Source: Eledone cirrhosa
Taxonomy: Eukaryota
Assembly: GCA_964016885.1 (NCBI GenBank)
Contig: OZ024747.1
Coordinates: 87,668,001 to 87,732,000 of the forward strand
Reading direction: 5' to 3'
Length of the DNA: 64,000 bases
The notes beneath the pieces are model-generated. The model made no database searches and was not told where the DNA came from. It saw nothing but the letters and a program-made list of their open reading frames with translations. Below, piece after piece: positions 38,291 to 52,710 of the stretch. Position numbers and translations under genes: made by a program. Positions within the stretch are counted from its first letter, which is position 1; the number at the start of each line of letters is the position of its first letter.

Positions 38291-39894
38291 TAATAATGTT
38301 CATGGGATAGTAGTTGACTATATTTTTCAAGTTCTTGAAAATAAAACTTTTTAAAAGCCTATTTTGTAGCAATCGATTTCACAACGTGAGCATAAGCTTT
38401 TTGTGTGTTTTCAGACCTAGCTAAGTCCAAAACTAGAAACCACAAGGACTTGAATTTTTGGCACATTTGTAGTAGGTATAGAACTAAATAAATCCTGAAA
38501 TGTTGGGACATGACACCATTTCAAAAAAATTCTAATTAAAAATGGCTATAAACAAATTACAGTGATTAAAGGTTGTCACAAGCTTTTCATGCATTTCATG
38601 GCTATATTTCAATCTGTAATCTGTAGAGGGCTCAGTTTTGATATACAGGGATAGGATATAAAACTGAATCCTCTCTGTAAGTTTGGAGCTTTACATTACA
38701 TTTAATATGATTCCCCATAGAGCTCTGGGAAGGGGTGACACTCACAGTTTGACTATGCAAAAACCCACTTTTTGCTTGATCATTTTCATGTCAAAATACA
38801 TTTTTTTCCTTTGGACAATTATATATCATTTGAAAGTTCTAGGTGTGAACTTTTTTCTCAAATACTTTTGATCAAAATTCAACACTTACATATCATACCA
38901 ATATTAATAAATAAAACTTTATAACATACAGACCCCGAGATGCATAAGGTCTCCAAGGATTTGTATATGTGACTGTAATATGGAAATATATATTTATAAG
39001 AAATGGCAATAAAGAGGATGGGGAAGTAGAAGAATATTTTATAAGTAAATAAGAATTAAAACTCCAAATTTTTCACTACTTTGATACATAATTTAAAACA
39101 GAAGTACTTAAATTGATTGTTTATTTTATTTGAGTATCCATTTTCAATTAAATACATTTTATCACTGCATGTCCTAAGAAGTGACTTTAAGGATTGGTAC
39201 CAAGAAGGAGATCCCGCGATAAGACATTTCCTCAAATAGGACCCTATGATGAATATTATTAAGCTCCTCATGAAGCCCACAGGGCTAATACTTGCTTTAG
39301 CAGGGGAAAATGATCATAAAATGCTTGCTATATTTTATTTGAAAATCTATTCAGACTTTTCTTTAAAGCAACATGGCCAACACCACTTTGCAGAAGTCTA
39401 ACTTTATTAACAGCTAAATAGAATCACAAAACTAGTTTCTTGAAAAGGTGTCAGTTGATTCAACATTTGTTGGGAATGTAATATTTTTGAAAGGAAGTCC
39501 AATCTTAAAATAATAATTATAGATTTAAGTGGAGAGTAATTGAATGATTAGCATAACACAAGAAATATTGTGAGAAATATTCTGTGGTTCTTTTTATTTA
39601 ATTATGTAGTCCAGGGAGGAGGGACAGAACACAACCTTAGCTGTCCCACCAAGACTTGAAAGGCTAATGTTTTCAGAATGATGCCTGTAGGGAAAATGTA
39701 AGTAGGTAAGTCTGTAATTCTGGAAAGAAAGGATTGTATGAAGTATTTAGGCTAAAATATAGAATAGAAGCTTGTGGTTAAGATACAGATTGGATAATGA
39801 AAGGAGGAGAAAAGGGCACATTAAAAGGACATTGGTGAGGAGGAATGCAGTATACTAGTTCAGAGGAGTAGAAGCTGTTACAGTATTGGTTTGG

Positions 39895-40146
39895 TTGACA
39901 TAGAGAAAAATTGGAAATTTCTACAGGACAACCTGTTGGAAGCCACAAGCCAGGTCTACAACTGGATCAGGGACCCATCAAGATGGAAGCTAACATGGTG
40001 GTGGAATGATAAGGTAGAAAGAACCAGTAAAACTAAAAGACAATACCAGATAGCAAGAAGCCAGTTATATCATCCATTTTTTCATGCTAGCATGGGTTAG
40101 ACTAGTTATCCTGTTGTGAGCAATGCCAGGTCAGGGACCATGTCTT
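39895..40146. mobile_element. RTE family-1 internal fragment (+) joined to an inverted 3' tail fragment (-)
   Basis: IEKNWKFLQDNLLEAT..V.NW....TWWWNDKV matches the intact ORF; then catccattttttcatgctagcatgggttagac. Confidence 0.75.
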
Positions 40147-42239
40147 GCATGTGTGTGTGTGTGTGTGTTTACTGTTTGTTTACAACCCATAAATTAGCAA
40201 ATCAACACAGAGAGATCAATAAGATAAGTAGCAGACTACCAGACTTGAAACAAATATCAATAGAGTTGATATGATTGACTAAATTCCTTTGAAGCAGTAC
40301 TTCAGAATGGTTGCTGTCTAATGACTAAAACCAGTAAAAGAAGATTTAATACATACATACATTCATACGAATGTAAGCAAGACGCAGACACATTCAGTAC
40401 AAGAAATATTCCAAGAATTTCCCAGCATTTTCATAGACATATAACAATTTTTTATTTTGTTTGGTAATTACTTTCTGACTTTTATGATTTCTTAGTTTTA
40501 AAAAGTCTGCATAGAAAGAAATCAGAAAACATTCCAAATCACAAAATGGTGCACACCCATGCATACCAATATTAAACTTATCTGTGTTCTATCTGCCAAA
40601 AATGGTGGGGGAATGGAGAATGGAAGTAAGAATAAAGTACTGCAAAATAAAAGAGTGTATGTATGTAAATATAAAGTTGTATTGGCCTCTGCCCTTCCCT
40701 TAGACAACACTGGTGGTGCAGAGAGGGGAGATGTGCTGCATGAACAACTGCCGATTTCCCATAAAACCCTGTCCAGGTGCTAGACACCATGGAACACCTA
40801 CGTACAGAGAGAAAGAGAGTCAGGTCAGCTGACAACAAACGTTTTAGTTAGTTAGAAAGAGGAGGAGGTAGTTTGAGTGAGAGATGTGTTTCTCTCTTTC
40901 TATATTGATAGCATGGCGGAGGAAGAGACAGTATCTGTGTGCTAGAAATAGCAGTAAATTCTCCTCCAACTGCTGTTGAAGTGTATATACATTTTTTTGG
41001 CACACCCTGTATGTATATATATATACATATATATAGTGTGTGTGTATGTCTACATAAAATTTTTCTATGTTATAATTTTGTTTTGAAATGCAAAAATGAT
41101 GACTCTTTTACTCGCAGCTCCCCCTAAACAAAAATAATGTTGCTATTGAAATACCATAAGACTGAAGTCATCTTGCTCAACTTGGTTAATAAACTAAGAA
41201 CTACTAATAAAGCTTAACAAATATGTGTATTGCAAGTTGTTATTTTGAATTAAGGTGTAATTGCTATACAAGTTGAAAATCATTTGTTAAGTTGCTGACC
41301 AAGCATAAATTTTGCTGATTACTAAATAATGTTTTAATGAAATACAATTCAAATTCAAAAAACACCTTCTTTATAAATAGAATTCTCTTTTTAAACTATC
41401 AATAAGAAAAGGAAAAGGAAATTAATTAAACAAAATATTACAAACAGAAAGGGGATTGGGTAAAAATAGATTAAAATATAGGGACTTTTTTATAGTAATT
41501 TTTTTTTTTAATTTGTACAATAATTATTAATAGTTTTTTCCACTACAATTGCTTAATGTGAATTTTTGACAGTTGCTAAATTTGAAGGGGCATGACAAAA
41601 GGTGGAAAAATCCTGAAGTGCAAAATTAAATTAACCATTTATACCAATCAAGAATTAAATTAACCATTAATAGCAATGAAGTAGTGTCAGCGTGACCTAC
41701 TAGTTAGTTAAAGGTGGTATGGTTCTCTCTGTTACTATGAACCATTCCTGGATAGAAGCCATTATCAGCAAATCTCAAATAATAAGATAGCAAATAAAAA
41801 AAAATAGGAATTAACAAAAAAAAAAAAAAAAGAATGAAAGAAAAAAATATTACTGCGTAATAGAAACATAAAAATATATAATAAAATAAACATGATAAAT
41901 TTCTACATTTCGAAACTTTATGAAAAAAATAACTTTGCTATAACAACAGAAATTGTGTTAACAACTGTGGTGGTGGTGGTAATGATGATGATAGTGGTGC
42001 TGCTGCTGCTGCTGCTGATGATGATGATGATGGTAGTGCTGGTGATTATAATGATGATGATGATGATGATGATAATGATTTTTTTTTTTCACAAAGGAGG
42101 GGCTACAGTTGATTGGATTGACACTAGTATGTTATTGACATTTATCCTACCTTGGGTTAATTGAAAACTGAAAGACAAACACCCCCTACCTCATTCCCCC
42201 ACCCCCAAACAAATCCAATGTAAATTGAAACAAGAGCAT

Positions 42240-42443
42240 TTAACCCTTTAGCATATATTTACTATTGCATTTTCATGGTAAAGGCTTTATTTCACATAAT
42301 ATCAAATCTCTGAGATTTTGATATTATTTATTTTGAAAACAACACCTTAACATCAACACGAGCAGCCGGTTACAGCCGGTTTGAACAGGAAGAGGTGAGA
42401 GAATACTGGCTGGATACAACCAGTTTAAATGCTAAAAGGTTAA
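42240..42443. mobile_element. TTAA-flanked piggyBac-type MITE, family A
   Basis: TTAA-ccctttagcat...atgctaaaagg-TTAA. Confidence 0.8.
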
Positions 42444-42668
42444 GTCTCTCACCAGATGCCATAAATCATCTGAATTAATTTGCTATAACGGTTTGTGAAA
42501 TCAACCACAATTATAATGATTTCTTCAACATTAATTTCTGTAGAAAATCAGAATCTCAATTAACCTCAGGACTCATTTCATCAAACCAAGACAAAGTACT
42601 GAGAGAATGTTAGCAGAAGCTGACCAGTCGAATATACTCCACCCATCGGAAGTGAAAGAGTAGATGCT

Positions 42669-42889
42669 TTAACCATTTAGCATTTACATTGCTCTATATT
42701 TACTATTGTATTTTCGTAGTTAAAGCTGTACTTCACATAATTAGCTTACATATGAAATCTACAAGATTTTGATATTATTTATTTTGAGAATAATAATATC
42801 AGTATGAGCAGCCAGTTCCGGCTAGTTTGAACAGAAAGAGGTCAGAGAATTCTGGCCGAATACAGCCAGTTTAAATGCTAAAGGGTTAA
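42669..42889. mobile_element. TTAA-flanked MITE, family A
   Basis: TTAA-ccatttagcattta...taaatgctaaaggg-TTAA. Confidence 0.8.
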
Positions 42890-45389
42890 ACTAGTCATCC
42901 CAAAACTTGAAAATCACAATAGTCAAGAGGCAATATATAACAGTCAAGAGGCAATCATCATCATCTCATCATCTTCATTTAACGTCCATCTTCCATGCTA
43001 GCATGGGTTAGATGGGAATATATAATAATATATAACAATATATAATAACAAGAGGCAATATATAACAGAATTGATGTATTTATTTGAAGCTTTTGCCTGA
43101 CTTTTCAAGAACAGCTTCTCAGCCAATTTCTGGATAAAACTGACCATCAATCTCCTGACCTCATCCCAGTTGCTATCTACCTGGAGATCTGGAGTGAACC
43201 AGGCCTCATGCATCTTAGTCAGTCCCATAATGCTGCTTGATAGACATAAATTGCCTCTCCAGGTTCCTATTACTTGTACTCATCGAACTTTCATCCCATT
43301 GTATCTCAGAGCATGCATCTAAAATGTGACAATGCCACTATCACATTTTGGATTGACAGTATCAGTAAAGCTTTAGACATTATGCTTCATGGCATAGAGT
43401 TATGTTCTGAGTTCAAATCCCACTGAGGTTAGCTTTGCCTTTCATCCTTACAGGGTTGATAAAATAAAGTGAGTTGATTTAATCAACATCCCTTCCCCGA
43501 TTTTGTTGGCCTTGTGCCTAAATCAGAAACCATTATTACTATTATTATTTCATCCTTTTGACACAAGATCACACATTTTCAAAAAGATTATAGTTGAATT
43601 GATTAATATCACTATTCCACTAACACATTCTATTTACCCCAGAAGGATGAAATACAAAATTGACATTAATGACAATTGAATTCAGAATGCAAAGGGTCAT
43701 AAATAAATATCGTTTTGCATTTTGTCTGTTGCTCTACAGATTGCATCAAACAAAACACTCAATAATATCACCTTTGAACAAAACATTTACATATATACTT
43801 GCAAAAAAGAGCAAATAATTATCTAGAAGATTTTTATATCGATTAAATGAGAGTATATAGAGATGATACAAGATATGCAGTTGCTATGTATGTTCACTGG
43901 AATATATTTATACATATACACACATAAAGAGATAAACGCTTGAAAAATGATATGATTACAAAATACTCCTGATATAACACACATGGAATATAACATTAGA
44001 ACAGATGTTAATATATTCAATTGATTACTGATAACTTGCCAGTTATCAACATTACAGATTATTAAAAAAAAACATGTCTCCTTATGGGTGTGTCTCCAGG
44101 AAAGGCCCCTTAACCCATGATGGAGTTGTAGGGTGTGTCCTCCTAACACGCAACTTGTCTTGGGTATTTTAAACCTGAAAAATAGTTGTAGCAGGATATA
44201 AATCCTTTGTTAAAATGCCTCTAGTGTACTCAGAAGAGTGTGGGAATATATGTAAGTAAAATGCAAGTCCCTGGTCTGTCAAAGAGGTCAGTATCTCCTA
44301 TTAAATACTGACTTGGTCTATAATGACCTATCCAATCCAGGGAAAACAGACATTAAATGATGATGATGATATTCCAAATGTTTTGGACATTTAATGAATA
44401 TTTCTACTTCTTCACTATAATAATTATTTCTTGAATATTGATATTTCTTGAATATTGATGAATTTGTTTTTTAGTTTTTTAATACTATTTATTTGTCAAA
44501 GAGCACAATACAATATTAGTAGCAAGTTTTGAAAGCATAGCCACCTTAACCCCTTTGTTACCATAATTCTAATAACATACACATTCCTGATTCTATGATA
44601 CAAAATTGATTGTTTTAAAGTGTCTAAAAAAAACTTCCATCATAATTTTTGAAAGAAACCTTTTTAAGTTATGCTCCAAACACCAGTTTAATAATGAAAG
44701 GTGAGTTAAATTAGCAGATCTTTCTAAATGCTTGATTATTTTCAAAATAATTTGAAAATTAGAGGCAGTGTCTTCCATTAGAAATTTAATAAACAGTCAA
44801 ATGTTCACAGAGAATTTTTAATTTAAATTCATTGTCTTAGTAAACTTCATTAAACTCTTTTGATTCTAAAAGTTATTTGGGAATTTTTTAAACTAACAAA
44901 CTAAATATATAAATACACTAAATAAAGTTTAAAAAGAAAAGATAATTAAGAATATGAAGCAATTGGTTAACTTTTATAACTGCATCAAGAAGACATTATC
45001 AGTTAGTTTCTGCCACACACTATAAACACAGATACTCACATGCATGTGTATACGTGCACATATGCATGTGTACATGTATGTATATCTTTTTCACTACACT
45101 TAATTCAATCTGAAATAACATGAAGCCAACATCTTTGAAATCTGATGGAAGCCCTTCTGCTTTTCTGCTCTTGCACCTAGCATCAGCACCCTACCAACCA
45201 ATAAATTAACTTCCCAATAACACTAACATAACCACCACCATCACCACCACTATACCAAAGAGACTTACATTCACCTATGCTTATAAGATAAGACATTCCT
45301 TATCTGTAATGTTTTTGTTCCAAGTCTACACAATCAATCTAAATTTTGCTAAAAGAAACAGAGACTGCCCCTTTTCCATATGAGTATTA

Positions 45390-45835
45390 AAAAACATAAA
45401 AAGAGAATAAAAATAGGAAGAGGAAGGGCAGAAAGAGAAAAGGGGGAAAAAGAAGAGGAAGGATAAATAAAGAAAGAGAAGGAAAATAGATGAAGAAGAA
45501 ACAAAAGGAAAAAGGGATAACTCTGAAGATGAAGAAGGTAGAGGGAATGGAAACTGAAAGAAAAAAAATAGATGAAGACAAAGAAGATGAAAAAGAAAAG
45601 AAAAGTTGAAGTGAAAAGAAGGAAAAGGAAAATGAAGACAGGAGGTAGATGATGAGAGCAGAAGCTAAAAACAGAAGAATGCAGAAGAGTTTAGAAGTTA
45701 GAGGAAGAATGTAGAAGAAGAAAAGAAGGTATAAGAAGAAGATAGAAGAAGGATGCAAAAGAAGAAAGAAAAATATATTAAGAAAACAAGGGGGAAAAAG
45801 GAAAACAGATGCAGAAGAAGGTAAAAGAAATTAAA
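45390..45835. repeat. Purine-rich (GAA/GAAA) low-complexity tract
   Basis: Strong A/G strand bias. Confidence 0.8.
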
Positions 45836-46080
45836 TGGTAGAGATAAATAGATATAGACTGTAAGAAAGATGTTACATGTACCAGTACACTAGAGGTGGA
45901 AGAAAACTTTGAATATATATCATTTACTTTCACAGCTATTTTCTTCCATAACCGATTTAGCTTTTGAGATAGGATTTGCTTGATAAGAGGTTTTCCTTTT
46001 ACATGAGAACACCCAACCCAGCAATAGCAGCAGCCATTAAAAGTTCTTTTTGCATCTTTCATTTTTTCCCTTTACAGAAG

Positions 46081-46082
<2 letters not shown>

Positions 46083-46164
<82 letters not shown>

Positions 46165-46190
46165 GCGTGCGTGCGTGCGTGCGCGCGCGC
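46083..46190. repeat. (GT)n-(GC)n alternating purine-pyrimidine tract
   Basis: Direct observation. Confidence 0.95.
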
Positions 46191-46245
46191 ACATGCATAT
46201 GTAAGTATGCATAATCTCTCTAACTCAAATGCTATATGAACATGT

Positions 46246-46492
46246 TTAACCCTTTTGATACCAAACCATTTGAAACATCCCCTGATTATGTGATACTAAA
46301 CTATTTATTTTAAAGTATTTATATTTATCTAAAAACCTTCCATCATAATTCAAAGTAAGAACCTTTAAGTTATGCTCCCAATATCAGCTTAATAATATTA
46401 CGAAAATCCCTTCAACTTCTGAACTATTTTCAAAAGCATTTGACACATATAGACGGTATCTTTCATTAGAAATATGGTAATGAAATGGTTAA
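46246..46492. mobile_element. TTAA-flanked MITE, family B (opposite orientation)
   Basis: TTAA-cccttttgatacc...ggtaatgaaatgg-TTAA. Confidence 0.7.
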
Positions 46493-48384
46493 GAGTGTGT
46501 ATAAGAATGAGCCTCTATGTGTAAGCCATTAGTTAACGTATGTGTGAATATATATATATATCAGCATATATATATATTTATTTTATCATACCTGTGCACA
46601 AGAGTAATTTCCTGTGCTTTAAATGACATGTTATACCTTCCCACAGCAAAGTCTTTTCCGTCCATTCTCTACCTGTGTATTTCTGATAATATCCCTTCTA
46701 TCTTCCCTTCCTCCAGCTAATAATCTCACTCCTTCTTTACATACACTGGGCCTTCTTTTTAAAGCAAATTTGGATTTTTTCTAACTTTTCCATTAAAGTT
46801 TGTTTTTGTTTCACTTTGTACAGCACTGCATCAATCACCTGCTGTCTCTAAGCAAACACAATTGTAAGTTTGCTCAAGCAAGGGCTAATTGCCATTCTAA
46901 TTCAGTCACATTACTAATTCAGTCACTGAGGTCAACATATCCTTTGATTCTTATTCATTGACCATCAATGTTATTTATTTTATATTTTTACCACTCTAGT
47001 AAATATAAACCTTTCTATCACTGCCCCGACTGGATCCAATCGACTTAATTATTCCAGAATAATTTCCAGAAGAGGGATCTGACTGAAGAGGAAGTCTAAG
47101 AAATTAAATGAGAAACTAAGGAGCTTATTTATGTTTATCTTTCTTTTGTAAATTTATTTTTTCCTTTTTCTGTTCTGCTTGTATCAAGATTTCCCATTAG
47201 TAAAAAATGCTAAAATGTTTAGGAATGTTTAAATGTTATTTTATATTGGCAAAATCTATACTGAACAACCTTTGTGAAGTGTCAGTAGGGAAACAATCAA
47301 ATCCAGTCCTGATTATACTGTTGCCAATTATTTTATTTATTTATATGAATAATGACTATTAAAAGTTATCTGAAGACGCATTTGGATGATGAGAGTTAGG
47401 TGAAGAAGAACCAGGATCTCCGAGTAAAAGGCAACTGCAGAAAAGAAAGGCCAAGGACAACCTGAGCAGAGGTAGAGAGAGCTGATCCCAAAGTGCTGAA
47501 CCTCATAGAGAAAACAATGAAGCACAAGGGAAAGTGTGCTGTTTTTAGAGTGCTTGAAGTTTAGTGTTAACAAAAACTGAATGGACTTTTTGGCCAACCC
47601 AGTGTGTGTGTGTATATAACTTTCTTCCACCATAATTTTATGTAAGAACTTTTGTTAAGTTATGCTTTCATAATAATGAAAAGGTTAGTTGTATTATGTT
47701 ATCCCTACAAATTCTTATCTTCAAAATTATTTGAAAATTATAGACAGTATATTTTATTAGAAATACAATAATGAACAGTTAAAGCAACAAGTAGATATTA
47801 TAATGAATAATAAATGAAGAATAGTTGTGTAACTGCGGCAGACATATACAATCCAATGCCATCAGCTATTGCATATCACTGCAAACACATTATGAGATGA
47901 AATATTTTGCAGCTACCACAAAAAGACAGCAATCAGGTGACAAAACAAAAAGGAATTATAAGAAAATAAAAATAAGTAAATTGAAGTGAACAAATTTTTG
48001 CCAGTAAGTATTTACTGTTTACTAATGAGACATTCTGTACTAAATTAAACCTAGATGACTTTCTGAACTTGGATTTTGAAAACAGAGTTGTTTACACACT
48101 CAAAGACTAATGTAAATTTAAAAGCCCCTTGTGAGTAATGAAACACTTTAAGTAAGTAGGAAACCCATAGCATGGCTTACTAGTCACAGCCATCACACCA
48201 CAGTCACATTACTATCTACATTAGCACGTATATATTTTCAATAAAATTTTGCAGACCAATTAAAATGTCAGGAGTCAATACTCTGATATTTAAAAAAAAA
48301 TCCCTTCAAAATATAGCAAACATAAATTAAGAAATTCTATTCATTTTAACTTATAGTAAATTCTGTGGAAGTCATTTTACTCTT

Positions 48385-49140
48385 TAGATTTCTTAAGCCA
48401 TTGCTTAGGTGCCTTTCCAGAGATCCAGGCCACCCAACACACATGAGTCAGCCAGAGAATACCTTTTCTATTTAAGACTTTAAACATCTCGGGCTGGATT
48501 TCATCTTCCCCATCAGCCTTGCAACATTTAAGATCTTTAACTGCTCTTGTGACCTCAGCCTCCAAAAGATTAGTCCCAGCTCCCATGTAAATCAGAAGAT
48601 GCTGTTGTGATCAGGTTTAGGAGATCAACAAAGTATTCTCTCCACCTTGCGAGGATGCACCTCTCTGAAGAGAGAAGAACTCCAGACACATTCTAGATAG
48701 CAGATGTGGACAAGGGCTTCTTATTACAAAATCAGCCGATGGTCTGCGAGAATACTTTATTTACTGATCTGAAGTCGATTTCCAGCTTAACCCCAAAGTC
48801 CTCCCATGTTTTAACATTGGATGCCTTTACTGTCTCTGCTGTGATTCACATGCCTGCTTGTACTGCAAGTGTAAGAAGGAGGACTTATTTTCAAGCCAAG
48901 CTTTGTAAGCCTCCTTCTTTGTTTGGGTGGCATCTTAGACCTCCTGATTGAACCAAGAGGTCCTCCTGCTATTTGGTGACTGCAATATATATTTTTCGAA
49001 CAGGACCCTTTATCTAAAGCCTGAACACGTCCCTTGTTATCCCGTGCGAAAGTCGATGCAGTATGGTTCTTCTTTGTTTTTGATTTCCTCATCATATTGC
49101 AGTTTTATTGGACTCATTCACACCAGTCACCAATCTGGTA
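48385..49140 (-). mobile_element. Decayed RTE family-2 (Expander/REX3-like) internal fragment
   Basis: EAEVTRAVKDLKCCKADGEDEIQPEMFKVLN.KGILWLT.VC.VAW.SGKAPKQW is an RT N-terminal region; upstream WFNQEV-like segment. Confidence 0.8.
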
Positions 49141-51044
49141 CTTTATCAAACCCCCAGATACACAATCTAATAACATTCCATCATAATTTTATTTAAAAAC
49201 CTTTGTGAAGTTATACTCCAGACATGAGCCTAACAATGAAAAAGTGAATTATATTACTATTCCCTCAAAACTCTTGATTATTTTCAAAATGATTTGAAAA
49301 TAATAGGCAGTGTCTTTCATTAGAAATATGGAAACAAAAGAGTTAACCAAGTGACTGTGAAGATGAAATAAAACTGATTTTGCTTTCTATGGGGGGAGGG
49401 GTCTTTTACTTTTTTATCGGTATCATTTTTGAATGAATTAACTTATTTCGCCATTCTTGTAATTTCAGCCTTGCTAAAGGTTTAAATGATAATTACACCT
49501 TTCATCACACACTGCATAATGTAATCTATTCTGTGCAGGTAGTGATAGTTAGTCTTACTGTGAAGATTGTTTTGTGTTAAAATGTAAGCTAATTAGAGTA
49601 AATGATCAAGAACTAGGAGACTACTGTGATTTCAAATTTACTTTACGTGTTATAATATAACTGTAGCATTCTCTCTGTATTAGGTGAAAAAAGAAGCAAA
49701 AGAACATAATGTTATTACTTTATTCACTGCACAGCAGTCTTCACAGGAAGACTAAGTATATAAACATACGCATAAGAGATTACAAAGTTTATATCTGCAT
49801 TCTCTTGTATATCTTGTTCTATCTTTCCACTTCAGTTATGTCGAGCATGAGCAAATTACATGAAGCCAGTTTTAAACCAAAATGAAGAACAGATATTCCA
49901 TCCAACTGGTAAATAAGAGATAAATATTCAAGATAGCTGAATTTATAATACTATATAAATTGAATGTTTGGCACAAAGCATATTATTCAAGGTTTGAGGA
50001 AATCCCCAAAGTTTCTTTTCACATGCTCTTGTACTGACAAAACTGCTATTTTCTATGTTTTTTATTGTGATTAAAAGTTGACTTACTCTAATGTTACTCA
50101 GGGACATATTGTTTCTCCTTTGCTAATAAAGAAAATCCACTTGGGGAGTAGATAGGAAAAACACAACGCAGGATTAATGTTGAAAATAACAATGTTATGT
50201 TACTTATTTTCTAGATTTTACACTTAGGTCACATAATAATGGTATTATATATCATTATATAAGACTACTAACTGGTTTCAAAGTATTTTATTGGAAATAA
50301 TATCTTCTTGTTTTTAGAAGGCTGATCTACACCTGGTGTGAAACCAGCCAATGGCTTTATATAATGCTGTCAAATTTTGTTGTGTAACTATATAGCTCTT
50401 CCAATGTAACAGATCTCTTTCACCACTTATTGATTATTATGATTCAGAGGTTTTACTCTTTATAAATAATTCATAAAACGTGAACAAACCTACAATATTT
50501 AAAAAAATAGTGACCTACTAGAAATAGCAGCCGCATATCCCTTTTGTGATAGCTAATTGTCATGAAATTGAAGGATATATCAGTTATAGTGCTATGTATC
50601 AATTATAATTTTTTTTAATGCAATGGCCACAGTTGGAACACTTTTAAATCCCAAGATTCTTTAATCAGAGCTCACCTGAATCTAAAGAGAACAAAATTTG
50701 AAAATTTAGGCATGAAATTCTATTTAAGAATCTGAAATTTGATAGATAGCTGCATCATTTCAGCAATACCCTAATTTGATACCTAATGATAACTTCAGGA
50801 ACAATTAAATGCTAAACTAATTAGCAATTTTTTAATCTTATCAATAAATTAGTATGAAAGAATCATTGTAACATACACCAGTGTTGTCTCTTGCATGCTG
50901 TGCTATTGCTTTGCTAAATAGCATACTGGTTGTAAGAGAGTTACTGTTGCTATGCCTCAGGCCAGCTATGATTGAGCAGACATTATAATCAAAGAAATTT
51001 CAGCCATGACTAACTAATTTTTTCAATACTTAGAACATCATTCC

Positions 51045-51260
51045 TTAACCCTTTAGCATTTACATTACTCTATATTTACTATTTTATTTTCATGGTAAAC
51101 ACTTTATCTCACATAATATCGAATCTACAAGAATTTGTTATTATTTATTTTGAGAACAATACCTTAACATAAGTATGAGCAGCCGATTATGGCCGGTTTG
51201 AACAGTAAAAAGTGAGAGAATTTTGGCTGGATATGGTTGGTTTAAATGCTAACAGGTTAA
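51045..51260. mobile_element. TTAA-flanked MITE, family A, nested in an older SINE-like repeat
   Basis: TTAA-ccctttagcattta...taaatgctaacagg-TTAA. Confidence 0.82.
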
Positions 51261-51557
51261 TGCCTCTTTCTTTTTTTAAAGATGATAGGGTGTGGTTTGA
51301 AGGGAATTTGACTGCAACTTCTAGCAAGTTGAATAACTGCAAGTTGAATAGAGTTGTTGTTTAGCCCTTGATCACACAGACCTAAGATCAAAGACATTCC
51401 AGCCATGAACATCCTGTTTTATTCCTATGAGCAGGGAACCCAAAACCATTTTTTATCACAAAGTCAGTAGAGTGTCATTGGAGGGAGAATTTGACTGCCT
51501 CATTAGCTTGTTTCTTGAGTGTGTTGTAGTGTTGTGATATGCAACCAGCAATCTTGA

Positions 51558-52125
51558 TCTCCAAAGAAGGCCAAGGTTGTTTCATTTCTAGGGAAGGTGA
51601 TGGTCTCAGTTTTTTGGCATGCAAAAGGCATTGTCTTTATTGACTATCTTCAAAAGGACGACACCAATGGAGAGGACTATGCCAACACGGTGAGGTAGTT
51701 ACGAAAGGCTATCAAGACCAAACACCCAAGAAAACTGACAAAAGGAGTCTTGTTTCATCAGGACAATGCTCCAGCACACAAGACCTTTGTTTCAATGGCT
51801 GTTGTGCATGACTGTGGATTTGAACTGGTTGATCACTCTCCTTATTTTCCTGATTTGGCCCCATCTGACTATCATTTGTTCCCCACCATGAAAAAAACAC
51901 TTGACTGGGAACCAGTATCACAGTGATGATGACGTCATATCTGCTGTTGAAGACTTTTTTTTACTAACTAGATGAAAGCTTCTTCACCAATGGGATCCAA
52001 GCACTGCAATACCAATGGAAGAAGTGTGTGAACCATAAAGGGGACTGTTGAAAAATAAACCTCATTTGGTCACATTCCATGAGAGTATCTTGGTCAGCCT
52101 ATGAACTTTTCAGCTGATGCTTGTA
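51558..52125 (+). mobile_element. Mariner (DD34D) transposase pseudogene, 3' half with right end
   Basis: PKKAKVV..GKVMVSVFW.AKGIVFIDYL...GVLFHQDNAPAH...HSPY.PDLAPSDYHLFP with frameshifts; ends in a TIR-like segment and TA. Confidence 0.9.
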
Positions 52126-52710
52126 CTGTCAGAAAACAAATCTAAAGTAAAATTTTGCTATGAACACGCCATCAATGATTGAGGGACATTTTTACTCTCA
52201 TACTGATTGTTGTAAAACACCTTGTCTGTGTAGATGGTTGCTATGTTACTACTTGCTTGAGTACAAAACTATATCCACTACACTGCGTCACAGCTTGCTT
52301 ATCTACCATTATCGTTGTTTGGTTGTTTCATTGTGCATTTGCATATGCCAATCATAAAAGTATCACCTTATCGATGTTTGTAAAATGTAACTGCTGCACT
52401 CAGTGACACTTGCTAATTGAAAACCCAATGGCTAATGTAAAGCAATAACTGGCCAGAAATGTAAACAGAAAAAAACATGTAAATGTAAATACAGGTTATA
52501 TTGAATTATAACAATAATAATATTCGATATAACTCATATTTACATTTATGTATCAGCTATGTTAGAGTGAAAATTCAAATTCTAATTTTGTTTTCAATTT
52601 TCGGCAAGGCCAGCAGTAAAATGCTCAGTATGCAAATGAAGCTCATCAGCTGATGTATACTTTAAAATACTATATATTTTCAACAGTTCAATCAAATATC
52701 AGAGAGGTAT

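Noticed and set aside
42998-44185. Minus-strand ORFs 42998-43228 and 43823-44149, the latter near a ttttcag acceptor-like site
   Set aside because: No recognisable protein similarity; could be chance or decayed repeats
45387-45758. Phe/Leu/Ser-rich 123-aa ORF resembling a membrane protein
   Set aside because: Antisense reading of a purine-rich low-complexity tract
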